Positions 26,722-34,771 of a stretch of DNA of 64,000 nucleotides are shown piece after piece; within the stretch, counting starts at the first letter, position 1; every line of letters starts with the position of its first letter. Location of the stretch: contig CAMDVN010000001.1 of assembly GCA_945877595.1 (NCBI GenBank), positions 21,685-85,684 on the forward strand, in the 5' to 3' direction. Made by a program: the position numbers and the translations under genes. The notes below the pieces were generated by a model. That model worked only from the letters and a program-made list of their open reading frames with translations. It was not told where the DNA came from and made no database searches. The stretch comes from Cyanobium sp. NIES-981. Lineage in GTDB: Bacteria > Cyanobacteriota > Cyanobacteriia > PCC-6307 > Cyanobiaceae.

Positions 26722-28653
26722 TTAGACACCACGAGCCATCAGCGTGCCCATCAAGGCGGTGCTGCGCTGCTGGAAACCGGCGAGCTGGTTGGGCTCTAGG
26801 CCACCAACGGCGAGGCGGGCCATCTCGTAGAGGTGGCGTCCCAGGTCGTTGGCCAGCTGTTGCGAAGGCGAAGCGGCAGCACCGGCTGCTGAGGTGGTGA
26901 TCACGCTGCCTGCCGAGAGTTTCAGCAGGCCTTCCACCAGCGGGTGCTTGCGGTTGACCAGCAGCACGTGGTGCTCTGGAAGCCCCGGCAGGCGCTGCTC
27001 CATCAGGGCACCCATGTCATTGAGACGGCGCATCTGTTCAGGGAGCAGGATCAAGGCCGCGGGGGCGTTGTCACCCTTGAGGGACTGCACCTGAATCGTG
27101 ACCCTGTCATTGGCGAGGGCTGCCTTAAACAGCTCCCGGAGTTTCTCGGAGCTGTCCTTGCCATCGGCATCACTCAGTTCGCTGTCTTTCTCCTGCAGAG
27201 AAGCATCGAGTTCGCTGTCGACACGCTGAAATTTGAGCTCGTTGTGGCGATACTCCATCCAGGGAATGAACTGCGCATCGATGACGGTGTCCGCCAACAG
27301 CACTTCAGCCTCCTGACTCCTCCACAATGCCAGCGCTCCAGCCTGGGCGGCTTCGTCGGTGCAGTACAGAATCCTCTTGTCGGCGGAGGGATCCAGGCGG
27401 CTGCGGTAGCTCGCCAGGGTTGTGTAGGCCTTGCCGTCTTCACCCGGGATCGGGTCGGGATTGGCCAGCTCAGCCTCACCACCTTCCTGGATCCTTGCCG
27501 TCGTGCCAAACAACACCAGATCCGCGACCTGGTCGGCGAATTTTTCATCTTCCATGGCCCCGATCTTGATGAAGGGGGCCAGGGATTCCCAGATCTGGGC
27601 ATAGCGCTTGGGGTCGTCTCGATGCAGCTCCTTGAGACGATCGCCCACTTTCTTGGCCACAAACCCACCAATCGAGCGAACCCGGCGATCGGTTTGCAGG
27701 GCTGAGCGGCTCACATTGAGGGGAATGTCGGGGGAATCGATCACACCCCTGAGGGGGAGCAGATAGCGGGGCACCACCTCCTTGATCGAGTCACTCACAA
27801 AAACCTGATTGCAATAGAGGCGGATTTCACCCTTCTCCCAGTCGGCGCGGCCGGTGAATTTTGGGAAAAACAGGATCCCCTGCAGGTTGTAGGGATAGTC
27901 CGTGCTGAGATGCACCCAGAGCAGTGGGTCGCCTTGGAAGGGGTAGAGATACCGATAGAGCTCGATATAGTCGTGATCACTGAGCTCCCGGGGGCTTTGT
28001 CGCCAGGGGGCAACCCGTTTGTTGACCGTTTCGCCCTCGAGCTTCACCTCAACTGGGAGAAAGTCGCAGTAGGTCGTGATCAGTGTGCGGATTCTTGCCG
28101 GCTCGATATACTCCAGCTCGTCCTCCATGAGGTGGAGGATCACATCAGTGCCGGGTTCGCTGCGTTCCCCTGCTTCAAGGCTGAAATTGGGTGAGCCATC
28201 ACAGCTCCAGCGCACGGCCTCGCTGCCTTCCCGGGCGCTGCGACTGACCAGCTCCACCTGTTTCGCCACCATGAAACTGGAGTAGAAACCCAGGCCAAAA
28301 TGCCCAATGATGGCATCACTTTCCTGTTTGTACTTCTCGAGGAAGTCCTCGGCACTTGAAAATGCCACCTGGTTGATGTAGCGCTTAACTTCATCGGCAT
28401 TCATACCGATGCCGTTGTCGGAAATGGTCAGGGTTTGTTGATCGCGATCGATGTGGATCGAGATCGTTCCCTCGGGGCCTTCTGTGCAGTCGCCGGCCAT
28501 GGCAGCCATGCGGCGCTTGCTGATGGCATCCACGCCATTGCTGACCAGCTCCCGTAAAAACACCTCATGACCGCTGTAGACGGCTTTTTTGATGATCGGG
28601 AAGATGTTTTCGGTGTGGATCTGGATCTGACCCTTTTCTTCCAGCACCGCCAT
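26722..28653 (-). CDS. htpG: Molecular chaperone HtpG (Hsp90)
   Basis: 643 aa. ..IFLRELVSNGVDA.. type N-terminal ATPase motif (EVFLRELVSNGVDAISK) and ..GHFGLGFYS... Confidence 0.93.
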   Translation of the reverse strand: MAVLEEKGQIQIHTENIFPIIKKAVYSGHEVFLRELVSNGVDAISKRRMAAMAGDCTEGPEGTISIHIDRDQQTLTISDNGIGMNADEVKRYINQVAFSSAEDFLEKYKQESDAIIGHFGLGFYSSFMVAKQVELVSRSAREGSEAVRWSCDGSPNFSLEAGERSEPGTDVILHLMEDELEYIEPARIRTLITTYCDFLPVEVKLEGETVNKRVAPWRQSPRELSDHDYIELYRYLYPFQGDPLLWVHLSTDYPYNLQGILFFPKFTGRADWEKGEIRLYCNQVFVSDSIKEVVPRYLLPLRGVIDSPDIPLNVSRSALQTDRRVRSIGGFVAKKVGDRLKELHRDDPKRYAQIWESLAPFIKIGAMEDEKFADQVADLVLFGTTARIQEGGEAELANPDPIPGEDGKAYTTLASYRSRLDPSADKRILYCTDEAAQAGALALWRSQEAEVLLADTVIDAQFIPWMEYRHNELKFQRVDSELDASLQEKDSELSDADGKDSSEKLRELFKAALANDRVTIQVQSLKGDNAPAALILLPEQMRRLNDMGALMEQRLPGLPEHHVLLVNRKHPLVEGLLKLSAGSVITTSAAGAAASPSQQLANDLGRHLYEMARLAVGGLEPNQLAGFQQRSTALMGTLMARGV

Positions 28654-28740
28654 GGCCCAAGATTTCGATGACTAGACCTGACCGTAGGGGCCCCGCCTCG
28701 ACCGCTCAATGGCCGGGAGGGAGGGGTCTCCGAACCGCGC

Positions 28741-28980
28741 TCAGCCGGCCCGCTGCAGCTCAGGCTTCTCCTCCGGCAAGATCGCCCCGGCCACCGGGCA
28801 CACCTGCAGACAGATGCCGCAATCGATGCACGTGTCGAAGTCAATCCAATAGAAGGCCGTGCCTTTGCTGTTGGCTCCCTGGCCCGGATGGATGCAGGCC
28901 ACCGGACAGGCATCCACGCAGTCAGCCACCCCCTCACAGACGTTGGTGACGATGGTGTGGGCCACGGCGGGGCAGATCAA
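28741..28980 (-). CDS. 4Fe-4S dicluster ferredoxin
   Basis: CEGVADCVDACP and CIDCGICLQVCP cluster motifs. 79 aa. Confidence 0.85.
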   Translation of the reverse strand: MICPAVAHTIVTNVCEGVADCVDACPVACIHPGQGANSKGTAFYWIDFDTCIDCGICLQVCPVAGAILPEEKPELQRAG

Positions 28981-28995
28981 ACGTTGGGAGAGATC

Positions 28996-30192
28996 CTAGG
29001 AATCGACCCAGATCGTGCGGCTGCAGCCGCGAGCTAATCCGATCCGTACGGCATCGGCTTGGCTGCCGGCAGGGCTGCTGAGCAGCTCGGCGGTAATCGC
29101 CTCGGCATGCAGCTGCTCCAGTTGGTCGATGGCCTTGCCCAGCAGGGCAGTAGCGCCGTAGGCCACCAGCACGGGCGCTTCGGCCAGACGGCCAGCTTCA
29201 AACGGTGCACTGTTGAGCAGGTCACGCACGCTTTCGACATCGAAGCCAAAGCCAACCCCTGCGGCTTCACCGCTGAGCATGGCCTCCGCACTGCAAAAGC
29301 GCCCCACCAGGGCGTCGTAGCGACCGCCGCTGGCAATCTCCACCGGAGCAAACGCTCCCTGACAGACCAGCTTCAGCACCAGTCCGTCATACAGCGCGAA
29401 GTGGGGTTGAAAACTGGGATCGAGCTGCAGCTCTACCCCCAACCGTTTGGCTGCAGGGGCGACGACCGCCAGGGTGTCGGCCAGCTGTTCCAGCAGCGGT
29501 GTCGCCCCGAGCCAGCCACGCAAGCGCTCCAGCACGATGGTGGGTTGTCCCCGCAGGCGGATCAGTTCCAGCAGTTGGGTGCGTTGCTCAGGGGCGAGGT
29601 CGAGGGCTGCCAGGGCCAAAGGGTCGTAGCCGGTGATGGCGGCCCGGGCGCCGGCCCGGCTGCCTTCGGGCAAGGCGGCCAGCAAGGCCTCCAGCAGTCC
29701 GTGGTGCCCCACCAACAGGCAGGGTTTGTGAAGGGGCTGCAGGCCCAAGGTGCCTGCGGCGGCCAGGAGCAGGCGCATCAGCTCCACATCCGCACTGGTG
29801 GAAGCCACCCCCAACAGTTCCACGCCGCTCTGGATCTGCTGGTGGATGCGCTGCTGACCGCCGTTGGCTTGGGAGCTGCGAAAGATGTTGCCGTCGGCCC
29901 ACAGTCGTAAGGGTCTCGGCAGGCCGGCCATGCGGGTGCAGGCGGCACGGGCGATGGATGCGGTCAGCTCCGGACGCATCCCCAGGGGCTCATCGCTGGC
30001 GAGACGCACGAGTTCCTGGGTGGCGATCCCGCCGCCCGCCGCCAGGGTGTCAAGCCGCTCAACGCTGGGGGGATCCACTTCCTGGTAGCCCCAGAGCCGG
30101 TACACCGCCGCTAATTGTTGGCGAATCCGGCGGTTGCCCTCCACCTCCCTGGGATTGAGATCGCGGGCGCCGGCGGCGGGTTGCAGGGCCAT
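28996..30192 (-). CDS. hisZ: ATP phosphoribosyltransferase regulatory subunit
   Basis: MALQPAAGARDLNPREVEGNRRIRQQLAAVYRLWGYQEVDPPSVERLDTL... HisS-like without the anticodon domain. Confidence 0.85.
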   Translation of the reverse strand: MALQPAAGARDLNPREVEGNRRIRQQLAAVYRLWGYQEVDPPSVERLDTLAAGGGIATQELVRLASDEPLGMRPELTASIARAACTRMAGLPRPLRLWADGNIFRSSQANGGQQRIHQQIQSGVELLGVASTSADVELMRLLLAAAGTLGLQPLHKPCLLVGHHGLLEALLAALPEGSRAGARAAITGYDPLALAALDLAPEQRTQLLELIRLRGQPTIVLERLRGWLGATPLLEQLADTLAVVAPAAKRLGVELQLDPSFQPHFALYDGLVLKLVCQGAFAPVEIASGGRYDALVGRFCSAEAMLSGEAAGVGFGFDVESVRDLLNSAPFEAGRLAEAPVLVAYGATALLGKAIDQLEQLHAEAITAELLSSPAGSQADAVRIGLARGCSRTIWVDS

Positions 30193-30226
30193 GGCGCGGT
30201 GTCAGGGATGGGGAAGGAGCCTGATC

Positions 30227-31114
30227 CTATGAAGCGGGGGCGTCCAGCTCTGGCGCGCCAAAGCTCTTGCCTGAGAGTGGATGGCTAGAGGCCAGGCCGT
30301 CGATCAACTGGTCATGCAGGCCTGGAGAGCAGGCGATCAGCCGACCACTAGCGAGATCAAGCGGGCCGCCGTCGTAGGCGCTCACCACGCCACCGGCCTG
30401 TTCCACCAGCACGACCCCGGCGGCCAGATCCCAGGGAGACAGGCCCCTCTCCCAGTAGCCATCAAGCCTGCCGGCAGCCACATAGGCCAGATCCACCGCC
30501 GCCGCACCACCGCGCCGCACCCCATGGGTGCGGTGGGTGAAATAGGCAAATTCGGCGTAGTTGTTGTCGAGTCGTTGCATGCGGTCGTAGGCAAACCCCG
30601 TCACCAGAAGCGACTGGCTCAGGCGGTCGCAGGTGCTCACCTGGAGGGGCTGGTCGTTGCACCAGGCTCCCAGGCCTGGTGCCGCCCAGAACAGCTCGGC
30701 AAGACGGGGTACGGCAATCGCTCCGAGTAGGGGAATGCCGCGCCACAGCAGGCCCACAGAGGTGCCATAGAAGGGATAGCCGTGGGCGTAGTTGGTGGTG
30801 CCGTCGAGTGGATCGACGCACCACTCGAGTTCGGCGTGTTGACCATGGCGACCGCTCTCTTCAGCCAACACGGCGATCTCAGGGGTCTCCTGGGCCAGGA
30901 CGGCGAGCACGGCCCGTTCTGCTGCGGTGTCGGCGGTGGTGACCAGATCTCCCGCCCGACCTTTTTCACGGATCTCCACCCGCTGGCCGAGATGGGCCGC
31001 CAACTGCTGGCCACCGGCGGTGGCGGCGCGCCGCGCCACCGCCGCGAACTGCTCCAGCTGAAGGGAGCTCAGGCCTGACTCGCTGGCGGCTTGGTTGGAG
31101 CGTGGGGTGTTCAT
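30227..31114 (-). CDS. Inositol monophosphatase family protein (SuhB-like)
   Basis: ..LAEESG.., ..WCVDPLDGTTNY.., ..GAAAVDLAYVAAGRLDGYWE... Confidence 0.88.
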   Translation of the reverse strand: MNTPRSNQAASESGLSSLQLEQFAAVARRAATAGGQQLAAHLGQRVEIREKGRAGDLVTTADTAAERAVLAVLAQETPEIAVLAEESGRHGQHAELEWCVDPLDGTTNYAHGYPFYGTSVGLLWRGIPLLGAIAVPRLAELFWAAPGLGAWCNDQPLQVSTCDRLSQSLLVTGFAYDRMQRLDNNYAEFAYFTHRTHGVRRGGAAAVDLAYVAAGRLDGYWERGLSPWDLAAGVVLVEQAGGVVSAYDGGPLDLASGRLIACSPGLHDQLIDGLASSHPLSGKSFGAPELDAPAS

Positions 31115-31479
31115 TCGTCGTCGAGGGGAAGACCTGCCCGCACCGTGCCGCGGCCGAAAAACTGTCCGAACTGGAGGTCGTAGACCTCATCCTCGTCTTG
31201 GGTTTCCACCTCCAAGGGTCCGGTCGCCCGGGCCACGCAGAGCAGGCCATAGCCGCGGGACCGCAGGTCCTTGGAGAGGCCAAGGGCTTCGTGGTGATCG
31301 ATGCTGCCGCTGAGGACCCGAACGGCGCAGGCGGTGCAACAGCCGTTGCGACAGCTGAATGGCAGCGGATCACCCTGCTGCTCAAAGCTGCGCAGGATGT
31401 ACTCCCCCTCGGGCACCGCATGGGTAATCACACGGCCAGCCTGACGCCAGTGCACCGTGATGGGGAAGGAGCGCGTCAT
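31111..31479 (-). CDS. Plant-type 2Fe-2S ferredoxin-like protein
   Basis: ..SCRNGCCTACAVRV..LLCVA.. cysteine pattern. 122 aa. Its stop overlaps the IMPase start (ATGA). Confidence 0.8.
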   Translation of the reverse strand: MTRSFPITVHWRQAGRVITHAVPEGEYILRSFEQQGDPLPFSCRNGCCTACAVRVLSGSIDHHEALGLSKDLRSRGYGLLCVARATGPLEVETQDEDEVYDLQFGQFFGRGTVRAGLPLDDE

Positions 31480-31540
31480 TCGGTTGGGGTGGCCCGTGGT
31501 CGACTGCTACATTGACACCACGTTGCCCCATTTTGCCCCT

Positions 31541-31627
31541 GGAGAGGTGGCCGAGTGGTCGAAGGCGCAGCACTGGAAATGCTGTATAGGGGCAACTCTA
31601 TCGAGGGTTCGAATCCCTCCCTCTCCG
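31541..31627 (+). tRNA. tRNA-Ser (anticodon GGA)
   Basis: Folded by hand. Acceptor GGAGAGG with CCTCTCC. D-arm GCC-GAGTGGTCGAA-GGC. Anticodon stem CAGCA with TGCTG and loop CTGGAAA. Long variable arm. T-arm GAGGG-TTCGAAT-CCCTC. Discriminator G. No encoded CCA. Confidence 0.9.
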
Positions 31628-31633
31628 TTCAGC

Positions 31634-31665
31634 AAAAAGCCGGCTCTATGGGCCGGCTTTTTTTT
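31634..31665. terminator. Bidirectional rho-independent terminator (tRNA-Ser on plus strand, pstB on minus strand)
   Basis: Stem GCCGGC (31639-31644) with GCCGGC (31652-31657). Flanked by A5 on the left and T8 on the right. Confidence 0.7.
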
Positions 31666-31716
31666 ATGGCTCCTTGTTTCCCCTGGCCCAGGATGGCCAG
31701 GAAAGCTGACTTCCCT

Positions 31717-32535
31717 CTAGCCGAAGCGACCACTCACGTAATCCTGGGTGGCCTGCTGACCTGGGGCATTGAAGATGCGCTCAGTGTCATTGAATTCGAC
31801 CAGGTAGCCCACCTTGCCGGTGCCACCCTCGACGGCTTCGGCATTAAAAAATGCCGTCATGTCGGCGACACGTACGGCCTGTTGCATGTTGTGGGTGACG
31901 ATCACAATCGTATAGCTGCGTTTGAGATCGTGCATCGTCTCCTCGATCTTGAGGGTGGAGATTGGATCCAGGGCTGAACAGGGTTCATCCATGAGGATAA
32001 CCTCGGGTTCAGTTGCGATCGCTCTGGCAATGCAGAGTCGTTGCTGTTGACCACCTGAGAGGGCTAAGCCACTCTCTTTGAGCTTGTCTTTGCATTCATC
32101 CCAGACAGCGGCCTTGCGGAGTGAGCGCTCGACGAGCTCATCCATGTCGCCCTTGAAGCCATTGATCCGGGCTCCGAAGGCGATGTTTTCATAGATGGTT
32201 TTGGGAAAAGGATTGGGTTTCTGAAACACCATGCCGATCCGGCGTCGCACCTCCACCGGATCCACGCGTGGATCGTAGAGATCGTGCTGATCGAACAAAA
32301 CCCGCCCTTTGAGAGTGCATCCCGGCACCAGATCATTCATGCGGTTCAGGGCCCTCAGCACGGTCGACTTACCACACCCTGAAGGGCCAATGAAGGCGGT
32401 TACTTTGCCGCGGGGAATGTCCATGAAGACGTTCCTAACGGCCTCGAATTTTCCATAGGAGATGGTGACGTTTTGGAGCGAGAGGCAGGTTTCGGTCCCC
32501 AGGGCGGTGGAACTGTTTATCAAGGTGCTGGTCAT
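31717..32535 (-). CDS. pstB: Phosphate ABC transporter ATP-binding protein
   Basis: Walker [10 protein letters not shown], signature LSGGQQQRL. PstB-specific ..[21 protein letters not shown]... Confidence 0.95.
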   Translation of the reverse strand: MTSTLINSSTALGTETCLSLQNVTISYGKFEAVRNVFMDIPRGKVTAFIGPSGCGKSTVLRALNRMNDLVPGCTLKGRVLFDQHDLYDPRVDPVEVRRRIGMVFQKPNPFPKTIYENIAFGARINGFKGDMDELVERSLRKAAVWDECKDKLKESGLALSGGQQQRLCIARAIATEPEVILMDEPCSALDPISTLKIEETMHDLKRSYTIVIVTHNMQQAVRVADMTAFFNAEAVEGGTGKVGYLVEFNDTERIFNAPGQQATQDYVSGRFG

Positions 32536-32577
32536 GGGATCAAGGGGAGATCAGGTGTTTCATTGGATGTGGAGAGG

Positions 32578-32624
32578 CTGGAGCACAGACAATCTGGAAA
32601 ACAGACAAGCTGGAGCACAGACAA
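32578..32624. repeat. Three 15-nt units CTGGA(G/A)(C/A)ACAGACAA at 16-nt period in the pstA-pstB spacer
   Basis: Units at 32578-32592, 32594-32608 and 32610-32624. The first and third are identical. Confidence 0.9.
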
Positions 32625-32695
32625 GGCCCCGGAGTCACGGAGGGCAGAGAAGCTGTTGCGCCCAGGGGATCATGACCATGGTGTGTTGTCGGTGC

Positions 32696-33607
32696 TTAAG
32701 AGCGGGCTAAGCGGCTGATCCAGCGCGCCAGAAGATTGGCCGCCAGAATCATGATCACGAGGACAAACGATGCAGCCCAGGCCAGTTCGTTCTGGGCCTC
32801 ATAGGGCATGATCGCAAAGTTGAAGATCAACACCGACATGGTGGCGATCGGGTTAAACACACCCTCAGGCCAAAAGGGTGAAAATAAGGCTGTGAAGATC
32901 AGTGGTGCCGTCTCACCCGCTGCCCTCGCGATTCCGAGAACGACTCCTGTGGCAATCGGCGTGAACGCCGATGGCAGGGTGATTTTTACGATCGTCACAA
33001 ACTTCGAAGCCCCAACGCCATAGGCTCCCCAACGAAGTTCCTGGGGCACCAGCTTGAGGCCCTCATCGGTGGTTTTGATCACCGTGGGAAGCATCAGGAC
33101 TGAAAGGGCCAGGCCGCCGGCCAGCGCGCTGTAGCTCTGTCCTGCAAACGCCCGGGTCGCCACCACAATCCCGTAGACAAAGACCCCGCTAATGATCGAC
33201 GGCACGCCGGCCAGCACGTCGTTGGCAAAACGCACAAATTGGGCAAACCAGCCCTTGGCTGAATATTCACTCAGATAAATTCCACCGCCAACCCCGATCG
33301 GGATTGAAATCAGTGAGGCGATCAGGGTGACCAGCACTGTGCCCAGCACTGCATTGCCAATACCGCCTCCCTCAAGACCGGGAGCTGGGGGCAATTCGGT
33401 AAACAATTTGAGGCTCAGCAACTGACCTCCCTGCACCAACACGTAAAGCAGGACAAGGAAGAGTGGCAAGACGGCCACCGCCGAAAAGAATCCGGCCAGA
33501 GCGGTACAACATTGGTTGAGTCGGTTGCGCGCCAGACTGGGGTTATAGGTCAGCGGTCTTCGTTCAAAAAGGGGGGTGTTGCTGTAGCTGAGGGGGGTGC
33601 GGGTCAT
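32696..33607 (-). CDS. pstA: Phosphate ABC transporter permease PstA
   Basis: 303 aa. ..GIARAAGETAPLIFTA.. EAA-type loop. Adjacent to pstC and pstB. Confidence 0.92.
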   Translation of the reverse strand: MTRTPLSYSNTPLFERRPLTYNPSLARNRLNQCCTALAGFFSAVAVLPLFLVLLYVLVQGGQLLSLKLFTELPPAPGLEGGGIGNAVLGTVLVTLIASLISIPIGVGGGIYLSEYSAKGWFAQFVRFANDVLAGVPSIISGVFVYGIVVATRAFAGQSYSALAGGLALSVLMLPTVIKTTDEGLKLVPQELRWGAYGVGASKFVTIVKITLPSAFTPIATGVVLGIARAAGETAPLIFTALFSPFWPEGVFNPIATMSVLIFNFAIMPYEAQNELAWAASFVLVIMILAANLLARWISRLARS

Positions 33608-33614
33608 GGTGGGA

Positions 33615-34622
33615 TCAGTACTTCAGGCTGAGGCGACGCACGACCCACTGGGCCATCACATTCACCACAAAGGTGAGCAACATCAAAATCAGAGCTGCAT
33701 ACATCAGGGCGGAGACCTGAATGCCATCCGCTTCCCCAAATTGATTCGCCAGCATGGAGGCAATCGTGTTGCCAGGTGCCAGGAGTGAAACATCAAAGTT
33801 GAGGGCGTTGCCAATGATCATGGTGACGGCCATCGTTTCGCCCATGGCCCGTCCGAGGGCCAGCATCACGCCACCGGTGATCGCTGAGACGGCAGCTGGA
33901 AGGATGATGTTGAACAGGGCCCCCCAGCGGGTGGTGCCAACCCCATAGGCGCCCTGGCGCAGTTCGATCGGGACCTGGTTGAGGGCATCGCGTGAGATGG
34001 CCGTGATGATCGGCAGGATCATCACCACCAGAATCAAGATCGCCGGTGCCATCCCAGGGCCCTGGGGCACGGTCGCAAACAGCGGGCTCCACCCCAACCA
34101 GTGATGGAGCAGGTCGAGGGCTGGCCTGATCGCCGGCTCCATCACAAAGATGGCCCACAGGCCCAAGACCACTGAGGGGATTGCGGCCAGCAGCTCGACC
34201 ATGACGCCGATGACGTTGCGCATCGCGGTCGGGATGAGGTCTTCCGTGATGAAGATCGCGGTGCCCACCCCCAGGGGGATCGCAATCAACAGCGACAGCA
34301 AGGACGTGACCAAGGTGCCGTAAATGGCAATGAAGGCCCCGTATTGCTCGTTGACTGGATCCCAGGCCGAGGTGGTCAAAAACCGCAGCCCGAAGCTGGC
34401 CATGGCTTCGCGGGCGCCATGGAAGACCGTGATCACGATCAGCAGCAGGAGAATCGCCACAAACGACGCCAGCAGCAGGGTGAGCTGATGGAAACCAAGG
34501 TCCAGCAGCTTTTCTGAGGTCGGCCGGCGCCGCAGCGTGAACGACGCGGCTGTGATCGGGATGCCGGTGGTGGGCGGTTGGGTCGGCTTGGCGATGGGGG
34601 GTGGTGGGGCGTCTGATGTCAT
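33615..34622 (-). CDS. pstC: Phosphate ABC transporter permease PstC
   Basis: 335 aa. ..LGRAMGETMAVTMIIGN.. loop. Gene order pstC-pstA-pstB. Confidence 0.92.
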   Translation of the reverse strand: MTSDAPPPPIAKPTQPPTTGIPITAASFTLRRRPTSEKLLDLGFHQLTLLLASFVAILLLLIVITVFHGAREAMASFGLRFLTTSAWDPVNEQYGAFIAIYGTLVTSLLSLLIAIPLGVGTAIFITEDLIPTAMRNVIGVMVELLAAIPSVVLGLWAIFVMEPAIRPALDLLHHWLGWSPLFATVPQGPGMAPAILILVVMILPIITAISRDALNQVPIELRQGAYGVGTTRWGALFNIILPAAVSAITGGVMLALGRAMGETMAVTMIIGNALNFDVSLLAPGNTIASMLANQFGEADGIQVSALMYAALILMLLTFVVNVMAQWVVRRLSLKY

Positions 34623-34685
34623 GGGTTGGCAGGCAGGCCCGGGGGTGCAGAACCTGGCTTCAGCGCCTCAAATCTAAAAATCAAC

Positions 34686-34715
34686 CTGATCCAAGCCGAT
34701 TAAGCCATGATTAAC
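34686..34715 (-). promoter_or_regulatory. Candidate Pho box (PhoB/SphR site) upstream of pstC
   Basis: The minus strand reads GTTAATCA-TGG-CTTAATCG-GCT-TGGATCAG. Two good copies and one degenerate copy of the 8-bp PyTTAAPyPy(T/A)-like unit at 11-nt phasing, 65-95 nt upstream of the pstC ATG (34622). Confidence 0.4.
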
Positions 34716-34771
34716 GTCGGCCTTGCCCGGTAGTTTTGAGCCGGGCACACCTTGAAGAGGCGCTGGCTTGC

